The notes below the pieces were generated by a model, which was not told where the DNA came from, did no database searches, and saw nothing but the letters and a program-made list of their open reading frames with translations. A program made the translations under genes and the position numbers. Below, one piece after another: positions 28,586 to 38,086 of a stretch of DNA of 64,000 bases; position 1 is the stretch's first letter; every line of letters begins with the position of its first letter. Location of the stretch: NCBI GenBank assembly GCA_000092065.1, contig CP000594.1. One strand, given 5' to 3'. This DNA comes from Ostreococcus lucimarinus (lineage: Eukaryota).

Positions 28586-29182
28586 ATGTACCACGTCCTC
28601 ATCGCCGCTTTCGCCACCTGCGTCGCGTGCGAGCTCTTCGAGACCGAGAAAATCTACGCCACCGATGATTACGCGATCGCCAAGCGTCGCATCGAGCTCG
28701 CGCGCGAGCGCATCGCCGTCGCCGAGGCTCAAGTTCGCGAAAAAGGCGAACGGAAGAGCGCGCGTTTGGAGCAAGCGCAAGTCGCGCTCGTGCACGCCGA
28801 GCAAAAGATGAAACAGATGTGCATGGCCACGGGACGGACGTTCATGATCGTTACGTTCATCGGCGCCACGGCGGTCAGATGGTACTACTCGTACCCCGAA
28901 CAAAAGACTGGGTTCCGACTGCCGTTCGCCGCGCCGATGCGCTGGGCGCTCGGAACTGGCGAAGACGAACGCGATTTAAATCCCACCGCGGCGTATTTCA
29001 TCGTGACGTATCTCTGGCGCGTGGTGTTCGGGGATGTGCTGGGGCGTAAGACGAGACAGATCGAGGCGTATTGGAGCACAAAGGACACGGAACGTTACAT
29101 GGCCGCGCATCGACAAACCTTCAACTCGTTGACTCGCGACTCTACGATGGCGGTGGCGCCAAAGGTGAAGAAAATGCGATGA
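28586..29182 (+). CDS. GET1/WRB-like tail-anchored protein insertion receptor (CHD5/Oxa1-superfamily topology)
   Basis: TM1, then coiled coil (DDYAIAKRRIELARERIAVAEAQVREKGERK; compare WRB DEFARYARLERKINKMTDKL), then TM2 FMIVTFIGATAVRWYYSYP (compare WRB ISLIWKYYSVP), then a TM3 hairpin. 198 aa; ATG at 28586; TGA at 29180. Confidence 0.55.
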   Translation: MYHVLIAAFATCVACELFETEKIYATDDYAIAKRRIELARERIAVAEAQVREKGERKSARLEQAQVALVHAEQKMKQMCMATGRTFMIVTFIGATAVRWYYSYPEQKTGFRLPFAAPMRWALGTGEDERDLNPTAAYFIVTYLWRVVFGDVLGRKTRQIEAYWSTKDTERYMAAHRQTFNSLTRDSTMAVAPKVKKMR

Positions 29183-29272
29183 TCACGAACGCGTGTGATA
29201 GATTAGTAGATAGTTTTGTAGCCAGTTGAGCGCTTATTATTACATACGGCTTGGGAAAGGGGGAACAAATTA

Positions 29273-31211
29273 TCAATCCTTGTCGAAGGAGGAGCTCACG
29301 GAGATTTCGCGTGAATCGTACTGGTCCAAATCGTCCGTGGGGTCGGCTTGAAGCAAGCTCGCGAATTCGTCCATGTCGATTTTACCGTTACCATCGATAT
29401 CAGCCTCACGGATACACGCCTTGACGATGGCGGCGCGAACTGAATCGTTTGATTCGCTTGACTCTTCGAAAATCAATTGCGCCACTTCCTCGGCGTCAAT
29501 TTGACCGCTATTGTCCTTGTCGAGAATGTTGAACGCACGCTCGACCCACTTGGGGTACTCACTCGTCTGTTCAATCTTTTCCCAATCCAACAGCGCGGCG
29601 ATGAATTCGTTGACATCAATCAAACCGTCGCCAGACGTGTCCAACGAACCTAAGAGCTGCTTGCTCTCTCGCCCTGTGACGTCGTATCCAATCTCCCTCA
29701 ACCCCACCTCGAGCTCGCCGAGCTCGGACCATGTTATCACCTGAAGTGTCCAACTTCGCGAACAATGCTTTCAAGGTCTCGATGTCCGCATCTCGGGCTT
29801 GGGACAACGTCTTGATGTCGTCTTCGTCCTCGCTCAAGAGTTCTCGGGCGATGAGCCTGAGCACCGAACGCTTGAGCAAACCTTGAGTGGCGAAACGCTG
29901 CAGTCGAGCGACGACTTGACCGTCCAACGCGGAATCCTGCCCCTTTGCTGCCTTTGCCTTCCAACTCGCCGACGTCTGCGTGAGCCAGGGGTGAAGGAGC
30001 GCAGCGCGAGCTATCGGTCGGGCTTCAGGATCGCGATCGAGTAGTTTGCGCACAAAATCCTTCGCCTCGTCGCTCACTTGGGACCAGGGATCGGACTCGA
30101 GGTCAACTTCGTCCTCAAGAATAGCCCTAAACACTTCCTTGGCGTTCGGTCGAGCGTTGACTTTATCGATGAAAGGCAGACGCCCGCTCAAAAGTTGATA
30201 GGCGACGACGCCGGCGGACCACACATCGGCTTGACTGCCGTAGTTGCGTTCAATCACCTCGGGTGCCATGTAGCTCGGCGTTCCACATCGGCGCGCGAGC
30301 ACTTCTCCTTTGGGGGGCAATTTACCCGCCAAACCGAAATCCGTGGCTTTGAGAGGCGAGTCGTCATCTTCGGTTTGGAACAAAAAGTTATCCGGTTTGA
30401 TGTCGCGATAGATAATCCCCCGACTGTGGCATTGCACCGCCGTCCGCAGCACGCTCTTCACCAATTGCGCCGCCTTTTGCTCGCGATAATCATTAGAATC
30501 GTTCATAGAGATGCGATCGAGCAACTCTCCGCCCGAGCACAACTCCATGAGAAGATGTACGCACTCGTCGTCTTCAAACGCGTCGTAAAGGTACACCACG
30601 CTCAACGAAGCTCCGATGGTTTGCATCACCTCCACCTCGTTCCTCAGCTTGCCGTGATAATACTGCACCGCCGCTTTCGATGCCGGCGCAGTCTTCCACG
30701 GCGCCTTCTTCAGCGTCTTCAACGCGAACGCCTCCCCGGTTTTCTTGCTCGTCGCCTTGCGCACGACGCCGTACGACCCCGCCCCCAGCGGCTCCTCATC
30801 CAAGCTCGGCACGTCGTACAGCTCGTGCAGATCCCTACGAAACCCAAAATCTGGTTTTAACTCTTCATTCGTGAAATCATCGAACGGACTATCGATCGTA
30901 TCCGCCACCTTCGGCGCCGGTCGTCTTCGCTCGCTCGGCGTCGCGCTCTTCTTCTTCTTCCCGCCCGCGCTCGCCTTCCCCTTCGACCCTTTATCGTCAT
31001 TCTTCGCCAACCAATCGCTCAGAAACCCTCGTCGCACGACCTCTACCCCTCGTCGCGCGTCCGCGTCGCGTCGCGCGAGCCGCGTCGCCGCCGTCGACCG
31101 ACCGCGCGCTTTATCTTCCCTTTTCCAACTTCCACCCCTCGCGATCGCGCGCGCGACCGCCGACGCCCGCGTCGTCGTCGCGCACCGCGTCGTCGTCATC
31201 TCGCACGACAT
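29273..31211 (-). CDS. Calcium-dependent protein kinase (CDPK: Ser/Thr kinase domain, junction and 4 EF hands). As given, the frame breaks inside EF-hand 1 near 29738
   Basis: Kinase motifs: GAGSYGVV, AFALKTL, HSRGIIYRDIKPDNFLF, KATDFGLA, GTPSYMAPEV, DVWSAGVV. The junction and EF hands (LDTSGDGLIDVNEF, LDKDNSGQIDAEEV, ADIDGNGKIDMDEF) lie in a second ORF in another frame. EF-hand 1 is read partly in each frame: DTSGDNM / ITWSEL. Confidence 0.85.
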
Positions 31212-31335
31212 TCGCGGCCGTCCGAGCTCGCGCTTCGCCCGCCGCGCGTCGCGCTTTCGCGTTTTCGTCGATTTCGCGCGTCGTCCCGATCGCGCGGTCG
31301 GTCGACGTCATCACATCGCGTCGTCGCGCGCCGCC

Positions 31336-32239
31336 ATGGGCGCGTCGCACAGCGCCGAAGCGGCGATCATCGACGGTAAGACGATCGCGTCGACGATTCG
31401 CGCGGAGATCAAGGGCGAAGTCGACGCGCTGCGCGCGAAGCACGGTAAAGTTCCGGGACTCGCGGTGGTCATCGTGGGCGATCGCAAGGACTCGCAGACG
31501 TACGTCCGCATGAAGCGCAAGGCGTGCGAAGAGGCGGGCATCGAGAGCTTTCACGCCGAACTCCCGGCGAGCGCGAGCGAGGCGGAGGTGCTGGCGACGG
31601 TGCGGAAGTTTAACGCGGACGCGCGCGTGCACGGGATACTGGTGCAGCTGCCGCTGCCGAAAGGGATGAACGAGGAGCGCGTCCCTGGCGGAGATATCGC
31701 TCGAGAAAGACGTCGACGGGTTTCATCCGGAGAATATCGGGAAGCTGGCGATGAAGGGACACGAACCGCTGTTTGCGCCGTGCACGCCGAAGGGGTGCGT
31801 GGAGCTGCTGAAGCGAAACGGGACGGTGTTATCCGGAAAGAACGCCGTCGTCGTCGGACGATCAAACATCGTCGGCATGCCGGCGGCGATGCTTTTGATG
31901 AAGGAAGATTGTACCGTAACCGTGGTGCACTCTAAGACGCGGGATCCGAAGAGAATCTGCCGCGAAGCCGACGTCATCGTCGCGGCGTGCGGGAGCGCGG
32001 AGATGGTGAAGAAGGATTGGGTGAAGAAGGGCGCCGTCATCATCGACGTCGGTACGAACAGCGTGGACGATAAGACCAAAAAGGCTGGCTATCGCTTGGT
32101 CGGCGACGTCGACTTTGCCGAGGTTAAGAAGGTGGCGAGCGCCATCACGCCCGTGCCGGGCGGCGTCGGTCCCATGACCATCGCGATGCTTCTCTCCAAC
32201 TGCCTGGATTCTGGCAAGCGAGCCATCGCCAAGGCGTAA
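31336..32239 (+). CDS. FOLD: Bifunctional methylenetetrahydrofolate dehydrogenase/cyclohydrolase (FolD/MTHFD). As given, there is a 1-nt frame break at about 31683
   Basis: N-terminal piece [19 protein letters not shown]...[29 protein letters not shown]...[19 protein letters not shown]-terminal piece in the +1 frame [23 protein letters not shown]...[11 protein letters not shown]...[13 protein letters not shown]...VHSKT...VIVAACG...IIDVGTN...[16 protein letters not shown]. They join if gtccctgg (CCC) is read as gtcctgg. Confidence 0.85.
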
Positions 32240-32377
32240 TCTCATCTTTCGCTCGTCCATGGGTCCTCTATTTTTAATACGTATCGTCGTTGAATTCATT
32301 CTTCACTCTCGTTCGTCCCCGCGTCCCGAAGTTCAAACGCCGACCAGCTGTCGCCAGTCATCGCCGCGCCCTTCGCC

Positions 32378-34756
32378 ATGCGGGGCGCGCCCCCGCCCCT
32401 GTACCCGTGGCAGGCCGAAGCGATAAACCTCGTCGCCGCGTCGCGTCGCTCGCTGTGCTACACGGCGCCCACGGGCGGCGGTAAAAGTCGCGTCGCCGAT
32501 GAGTTGTTACGACTGTCCCTGACAAACTTTCCCGCGGCGAAAGCGCTCGTCGTGCTGCCGTACGTCGCGCTCGTGCGGGAAAAAGTGGCGTCGTTGGAGT
32601 CGTTGTTACGCCCGCTCGGGATCAAGGTGAGGGGCTACGCCGGGGTGGAGTGCGAGGGGGCGCCGTTGGGGAGCTCGAGAGAGCGCTGCGCGGTGACGAC
32701 GATTGAAAAGGCGTCGTCGTGCGTCAATAGACTGTTCGAAACGGGCGAGATATCGCTGCTCAGCGTCGTGGTGGTGGATGAGCTGCACATGGTCAGCGAA
32801 GACGAACGTGGGTGCGCGCTGGAGGGGATGTTGGCGAAGATACGACACGGAGTGAAGTCGGGAAAGGTGTCGAGCGACGGCCCGCAAATCGTGTGCATGA
32901 GCGCGACGGTGGGAAAGTCATCGATGGAACGCTTAGCGAGGTGGTTAGACGCGGAGATTTACGTCAGTCATCATCGGCCGGTGGAGTTGAAAGAGTACGT
33001 GGTGTGCGTGGGTGGGGTGTATGCGAAGGAGAATCGAGGTGAGGCGGGCTGGGAGCTGACGCGCGTGGCCGATTCGCCGTCGCGAGTGGAGTTGGAGATC
33101 GTCGCCGAACTGGTTGGTCAAGTGTTCGTCAACGCGCACAGCTCGTTGGTATTTTGCTCGAGCAAGAGTCAGTGTTCAGTTTATGCGACGAAATTGGCGA
33201 GCTTGCTTCCGGTGAATCCGAACACGGCGCACCTGCGAGAAGAGTGCGTGGCGAGACTCTACGAAGCTGCGGAGGGCGAGCCCGACCAAGCGCTAGTAGC
33301 GTGTGTTCGCTCCGGTCTCGCGTGGCATCACGCCGGATTAACGACGGCAGAGAAGAGAGTAATCGAAGAGGGCTTTCGAGCTGGTGCGATTTTAGCGCTC
33401 ACATGCACGACGACTCTTGCTGCGGGCGTCAACTTGCCCGCTCGCCGTTGCGTCATCCTTCGCGGCTTCATCGCCGGTTTACCGACGCCTTCGATGGCTC
33501 AGTACAAACAAATGGCTGGTCGAGCTGGAAGAAAAGGGCAAAGCGATTTCGGTGAATCTTTCCTAGTCACGACGAAACAAGAGGCCGTGGATTGGGCGCG
33601 AAATCTAGTACTCGGCGAGCTACCGGCTTTGGAGTCGCGTCTGTTTCCTCCTGCAATCAAGCGCCATGACATGCCCGTGACGCCAGAACAACGACGGTTT
33701 TATCTCGAATCCATCGCGTGTGGAGTACTCAAGACAAAGGAAGACGCCGGTGAGCTGGCTTGTCGCACGTTTGCTTGGACATCTGGACGCGATAACGCGT
33801 CAATTCTCGCCCGTCAAAGCCGAGCGTTGAAGGAAATTTACGAAAAAGGGCTGGTTGTCGCGCGCTCCGGCGCGCATTGCGCTGAGTGGTGCTCTACTCC
33901 AGAGGGATTCGCGTTCTACAAGTGTACTTTACCGATAGCACACGCTAAGACGCTGCGGAAAGAGTTGTCTTTCGCGCTTACGAATGGATTGAATCTTTCG
34001 ACGAAGACGCACTTGCTATTCTTTTGCGTGTCGAACGAAACCAACGTCTTCGCAGCAAACTTGAATTGGCACGCGTGGAGCGATTGGATGAGTCGATACG
34101 ACAGTATTCATGAACTTGGGGAGAAACATTTGAATGTCACCCGACAGTACGCAGAAAGAGCGCAGCATCGACAAGGGATATCAGACCAAGCCAAGGCGAC
34201 TCGGTCGCGCCATGAGCGTCTCGCTGCGGCGTTGCTGTTGAGCGACGTGTTGGCGAGCGACGACACCACCGTCGACATTGCGCGCAAATGGTCAACGTTA
34301 TCGAACAATCCCGTCAACCGTGGGATGATTCAATCTCTTCAAAACAGCGCGGCGACGACGGCGGGCATGGCGAGCGTGCTGTGCGAACAGTGCGGCTGGC
34401 ACGCGCTCGCAGGTCTTTTGCAAAACGTTAGCGAAGAGTTGCAAGCTGGCGCGCGACGAGAGCTATTACCGCTGATGCGTCTCGAAGGCATGACCGGCGC
34501 AAGAGCACGAGCTCTACATAACGCCGGACTAACGACGCCTGCGAAAATCGCGGCACTTCAGAGCGATAAGTTTGACAAGCTGCAAGATGCTTGCCTGCGT
34601 TCGCTGACGCGATCGAGAAACGGCGGCTTGGATCAAGCCATGCGTACCACGGCGTGGAGAATCGCAAGCGCTCTCGTGCAATCGGCTCGTGAAGCGACAA
34701 TCGAGGAGGCGAAACGGGCGTTGGAAGACGATTCTAACGCTGAATGGTTAAATTAA
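32378..34756 (+). CDS. Hel308/HELQ-family (PolQ-like) superfamily-2 DNA helicase
   Basis: Motif I APTGGGKS, motif II VVVDELHM, motif III MSAT, motif V TTTLAAGVNLPARRCVI, and motif VI QMAGRAGRKG. C-terminal winged-helix region and HhH-like segment (LEGMTGARARALHNAGLTTPAKIAAL), as in Hel308 domain 5. 792 aa; TAA at 34754. Confidence 0.75.
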   Translation: MRGAPPPLYPWQAEAINLVAASRRSLCYTAPTGGGKSRVADELLRLSLTNFPAAKALVVLPYVALVREKVASLESLLRPLGIKVRGYAGVECEGAPLGSSRERCAVTTIEKASSCVNRLFETGEISLLSVVVVDELHMVSEDERGCALEGMLAKIRHGVKSGKVSSDGPQIVCMSATVGKSSMERLARWLDAEIYVSHHRPVELKEYVVCVGGVYAKENRGEAGWELTRVADSPSRVELEIVAELVGQVFVNAHSSLVFCSSKSQCSVYATKLASLLPVNPNTAHLREECVARLYEAAEGEPDQALVACVRSGLAWHHAGLTTAEKRVIEEGFRAGAILALTCTTTLAAGVNLPARRCVILRGFIAGLPTPSMAQYKQMAGRAGRKGQSDFGESFLVTTKQEAVDWARNLVLGELPALESRLFPPAIKRHDMPVTPEQRRFYLESIACGVLKTKEDAGELACRTFAWTSGRDNASILARQSRALKEIYEKGLVVARSGAHCAEWCSTPEGFAFYKCTLPIAHAKTLRKELSFALTNGLNLSTKTHLLFFCVSNETNVFAANLNWHAWSDWMSRYDSIHELGEKHLNVTRQYAERAQHRQGISDQAKATRSRHERLAAALLLSDVLASDDTTVDIARKWSTLSNNPVNRGMIQSLQNSAATTAGMASVLCEQCGWHALAGLLQNVSEELQAGARRELLPLMRLEGMTGARARALHNAGLTTPAKIAALQSDKFDKLQDACLRSLTRSRNGGLDQAMRTTAWRIASALVQSAREATIEEAKRALEDDSNAEWLN

Positions 34757-34814
34757 AACCAGGCTAGTAGGCATAGGTAGAATTAGACGTAGAGAATAAT
34801 AGGCAGCGGCGCGA

Positions 34815-35768
34815 TTACTGAAACGGCAAAGAGATGCCGAGCCCCTCGTTACCCGGAGCACGGTACTTCTTCTTGTTCGGAGTCGTCAATCTAAAGCTCT
34901 TGATCGTCTCGTCGAACCCACGGGCGAGCTCGTCCCAGTAAATCTCGGGGGCGCTCGAACTCAGCGTGTACAAGTACCCATCCCGCTCAACCGTCACGCC
35001 GTAACTGTGTCGAAACGTCGTCGCCTCCGGCTCGCGCAAATTCGGTGAGCCTTGCGATATGTACTCGTAGTAATAATACGGCACATCATCGATGACGTTG
35101 ATGATCGCGTTATCCACCTCGGCCAGACTCACGCGCTGTCCGCTCGCCACCCGTCCCGTGGCTTTATCCGCCAGAACCGCGTTCGCCACCTGCTTCGCCG
35201 TCCACTCCTTCACGGCTTTCGATTCAAGCGCTGGGGGCGTGTTGCTCACCGTCACCACCGTCGTCAACGGTCCTTTAAAACTCAACAACTCGTACACGAT
35301 GCGTTGCCGAGCGTTCGGCGACATCGGCTCCGCGCTCGAGTACGTATCCCGCTCTCGGCTCACCGCCCAACTGATCGGCTTCCCGCTCTCCGCTTCCACC
35401 GCGTACGTGAACTCATACGCCAAACTCTCGCTCACCACGCGCTTCTTCTCGAGTTCGCGAACCTTCGACGCCGTCGGCGGCGCCGCCGCTTCGATCGCCG
35501 CCGCGCCGTCGATCGCCGCGTCGTCCTCCTCCCCGCGCGCGCCCGGCGCCGAAACGACGCTCGCGACGCTCGCGAGCGAGAGCACGTGCACGAACGCCCG
35601 GCGCGAGGGCGCGTTCGCGCGCGCGGTGTCGTCGCGCGCGTCGTCCCCGACGACGGCTCGACAGGATAGGCCGACGCTCTGGCGCCGCGCGACGGCGCGC
35701 GCGGGACGCCTGCGAGCGTCCAAGGACGCGAAAACGCGCGCGAGCGATGCGCGAGACATCGCAAGCAT
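34815..35768 (-). CDS. PsbP-domain protein (thylakoid lumenal PsbP-like/PPD family) with bipartite transit peptide
   Basis: An N-terminal presequence with an RR motif, hydrophobic stretch and AxA-like site (SRRAFVHVLSLASVASVVSAPGA) suggests Tat lumen targeting. The core YEFTYAVEAESGKPISWAVSRERD...RIVYELLSFKGPLTTVVTVSNT... has a PsbP/Mog1-type pattern. Confidence 0.5.
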   Translation of the reverse strand: MLAMSRASLARVFASLDARRRPARAVARRQSVGLSCRAVVGDDARDDTARANAPSRRAFVHVLSLASVASVVSAPGARGEEDDAAIDGAAAIEAAAPPTASKVRELEKKRVVSESLAYEFTYAVEAESGKPISWAVSRERDTYSSAEPMSPNARQRIVYELLSFKGPLTTVVTVSNTPPALESKAVKEWTAKQVANAVLADKATGRVASGQRVSLAEVDNAIINVIDDVPYYYYEYISQGSPNLREPEATTFRHSYGVTVERDGYLYTLSSSAPEIYWDELARGFDETIKSFRLTTPNKKKYRAPGNEGLGISLPFQ

Positions 35769-35872
35769 GTGTGCGGGCGAGGCGGGGGGCGTCGGGAAGT
35801 GCGGCGGTTTCGCGGCGGCGACGGCGCGGCGACGAATTCGCGCTGTGCTTTCGCGCTGCTAATCATAACGTT

Positions 35873-37906
35873 CTAGTTAACTAAGTCGACGTCCACGATC
35901 ACGGGGATGTGGTCTGATGGAAATTGCGCGTTTGGTAACGCGGTGTGCGCGAGGACGGCGGACATGTCGGGGAGCGGCGATGTGGCGCGCGACGCGAAAT
36001 CGCTCGTCGAACACCACACGTAGTCCAACGCGCCGACGAATCCGCCGACGTAATTCGTCCATTCGAGGAATCCACCGGCAGAGAACAGTGGTCGCGCGGT
36101 TCGCAAGTGTGCGCCACAGCCGATCGGGACCGCGCTGGCGTCGGGGACGACGGATGAAGCGAGCGCGGCTTGCTTCGCCGAGACGGCGGCGAAGCCGTCA
36201 TCCTGCGCTCGCTTAATATCACTAAACGCGCGACGAGCAATCACGTGGTCGTCGGCATCCATCGTTAACCCAGGCGCGAGTCCACTCTCGCGTCGAAGTG
36301 TGAATGCAGCGACGGCGTGACAGTTTTTCAACGTGCATCCGCATTTGACGTGCTTCTTCACGGCTGCGATTGCGTTTGCGTCGTCGCTCGATTTTTCGTC
36401 GCATTTACACGACGCGCCCCACTCTTTATCCAGCGTACGAGCGCAAAGAGACATGAAAATACCTCGTTCTGCGAGCGCTCGTAACTCAAAGGTATTGGTG
36501 ACTTCATCAAAGTTGCGATTGAATGTCTCGTATCCTGTACCATCGTCACAAATATAGAAGAGATCTCGAGCGGCGTCTCGCGATGACGTCCCGCCCCACC
36601 GAAATAGACTACCACGAACCCAATCCTCGTCACTCGCGGAAATCTCGCCTTTGGTGAGATATCTGATGACGCCATCTTCAGGCTCACCGTTAAAATCGCC
36701 GCACAATACGAGTGGATCGCCGGCGGCGAACGCCGTTGCCCGAGTCGTAAATTCGTGAGCTTGCAAGACTCGTAAGTGCATCGCCCCTGGGTGAAAAAAT
36801 AAGTGAGTGTTACCGACGCACAACGACTTGCCGCTCGCGCGTACTTTCACGCGCGCGAGCTGCGCAATGGACGTGATCTTTTTGAGAGCCATAGCCAACT
36901 CTGCGTTATCGTCATCCGCGATCCAGCGCCGCAAAGCTTTGTCTCCGATTTCCGTGAGTTTGATCGCTTCTTCGCGCTCGATGCTTTCAAACTTGCTCAA
37001 TGCGAAGAACATCGCGCATCCTTCCAACGTCTGACCGCTCTTACCGACCCAATCTGTCGCGATATATCCGTTTGCAGTGAGTACGGGCACGAACAACGTT
37101 TCGTGGTACTTCTTGTCCACTTCTTGTAGCGCCACGACGTCGGCTTTTGATCGTAAGATATCTTCCAATACTAGCTGCAAGCGTCGTTCCACTTTAGCCA
37201 ACGCCGTGTCAAAGTAAGGAAACATCGTTCCCCAAGTGTGCGCGTACGCATCGGCCAACACGTTGTACGTCATGATACGATAATCCGCCGACGTCTCGGC
37301 GCTCGGCTCCAACCGTCGCAACGCCTCCGACCGATCAACGCCCAGCCGCGTCACAACGTTCGTAAACTCAAACCTCTCGTCCAAAGCCTCAACCGCTAAT
37401 CTTTTACCGAAATCCTCTTTTGTGGGCGTGTACACGCGCCCTTGGCCGACGATCTCGCCGTCCGCGTACCATCGCCAGTCGACTTCGTCGTGCTGGCAAA
37501 ATTCCAATCCGTGCGCGGTCGCTGGAAGCGGATATCCCACCATGGCGTAGTCCACGCTCGAGCACCCCGCCATCTCCGGCGCATCTAATCGTACGAGATA
37601 CGATATCCGCGTCTCGCAGTCATCGATCGTGAGGACGCTTCCCTCGGACCACGCTTCGGCGTGCGTAGCGCTCCCAGCCACCGGCGCCCCGTCGCGCTCG
37701 AGCGTCACCGTCGTGGTTCCAGAAGCCGTCTTTCCCCGCGCCAGCGTTTTCAATAAGCGCTGAAAACTCTTTTCTATCGGTTCCGCCGCGTCGCGATGCA
37801 GCGTCTTCGATGTGCCGTCGCGCATCGGCACTTTTATCGTCACGCGCTGCTTTTCGACAAATCTTTTGACGTCGACGTAAAGTTCGTCGCAGGGCGCGTC
37901 GGACAT
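35873..37906 (-). CDS. CCR4/nocturnin/PDE12-type endonuclease-exonuclease-phosphatase (EEP) family nuclease with N-terminal extension
   Basis: EEP catalytic motifs in order: MTYNVLADAYA, DVVALQEVDKKYHETLF, GCAMFFALSKFE, LCVGNTHLFFHP, LVLCGDFNGEPEDG, and the C-terminal DYVWCS...PSDHIPVIVDVDL (CCR4 PSDHxxL motif). A Cys-rich insert (CKCDEKSSDD...VKCGCTLKNCH) sits inside the domain. Start 37906 (MSDAPCDEL) preferred; 38056 is possible. Confidence 0.6.
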   Translation of the reverse strand: MSDAPCDELYVDVKRFVEKQRVTIKVPMRDGTSKTLHRDAAEPIEKSFQRLLKTLARGKTASGTTTVTLERDGAPVAGSATHAEAWSEGSVLTIDDCETRISYLVRLDAPEMAGCSSVDYAMVGYPLPATAHGLEFCQHDEVDWRWYADGEIVGQGRVYTPTKEDFGKRLAVEALDERFEFTNVVTRLGVDRSEALRRLEPSAETSADYRIMTYNVLADAYAHTWGTMFPYFDTALAKVERRLQLVLEDILRSKADVVALQEVDKKYHETLFVPVLTANGYIATDWVGKSGQTLEGCAMFFALSKFESIEREEAIKLTEIGDKALRRWIADDDNAELAMALKKITSIAQLARVKVRASGKSLCVGNTHLFFHPGAMHLRVLQAHEFTTRATAFAAGDPLVLCGDFNGEPEDGVIRYLTKGEISASDEDWVRGSLFRWGGTSSRDAARDLFYICDDGTGYETFNRNFDEVTNTFELRALAERGIFMSLCARTLDKEWGASCKCDEKSSDDANAIAAVKKHVKCGCTLKNCHAVAAFTLRRESGLAPGLTMDADDHVIARRAFSDIKRAQDDGFAAVSAKQAALASSVVPDASAVPIGCGAHLRTARPLFSAGGFLEWTNYVGGFVGALDYVWCSTSDFASRATSPLPDMSAVLAHTALPNAQFPSDHIPVIVDVDLVN

Positions 37907-38086
37907 CGCGGACGAAGGCTTCGAACGCGCCGCGACGCGCGTTTGACGATGGCGCGAATCGGGGCGAGGGAGACGGGCGGTGACGAGGGATGCGCCTCGC
38001 GGCATTGACGAGCGCGCGAGTGCGGCGGCGGCTGGACTGGAGCGCCGTCTATTCATAATAAAAATAATCTCTATCACGTTTGCCCG

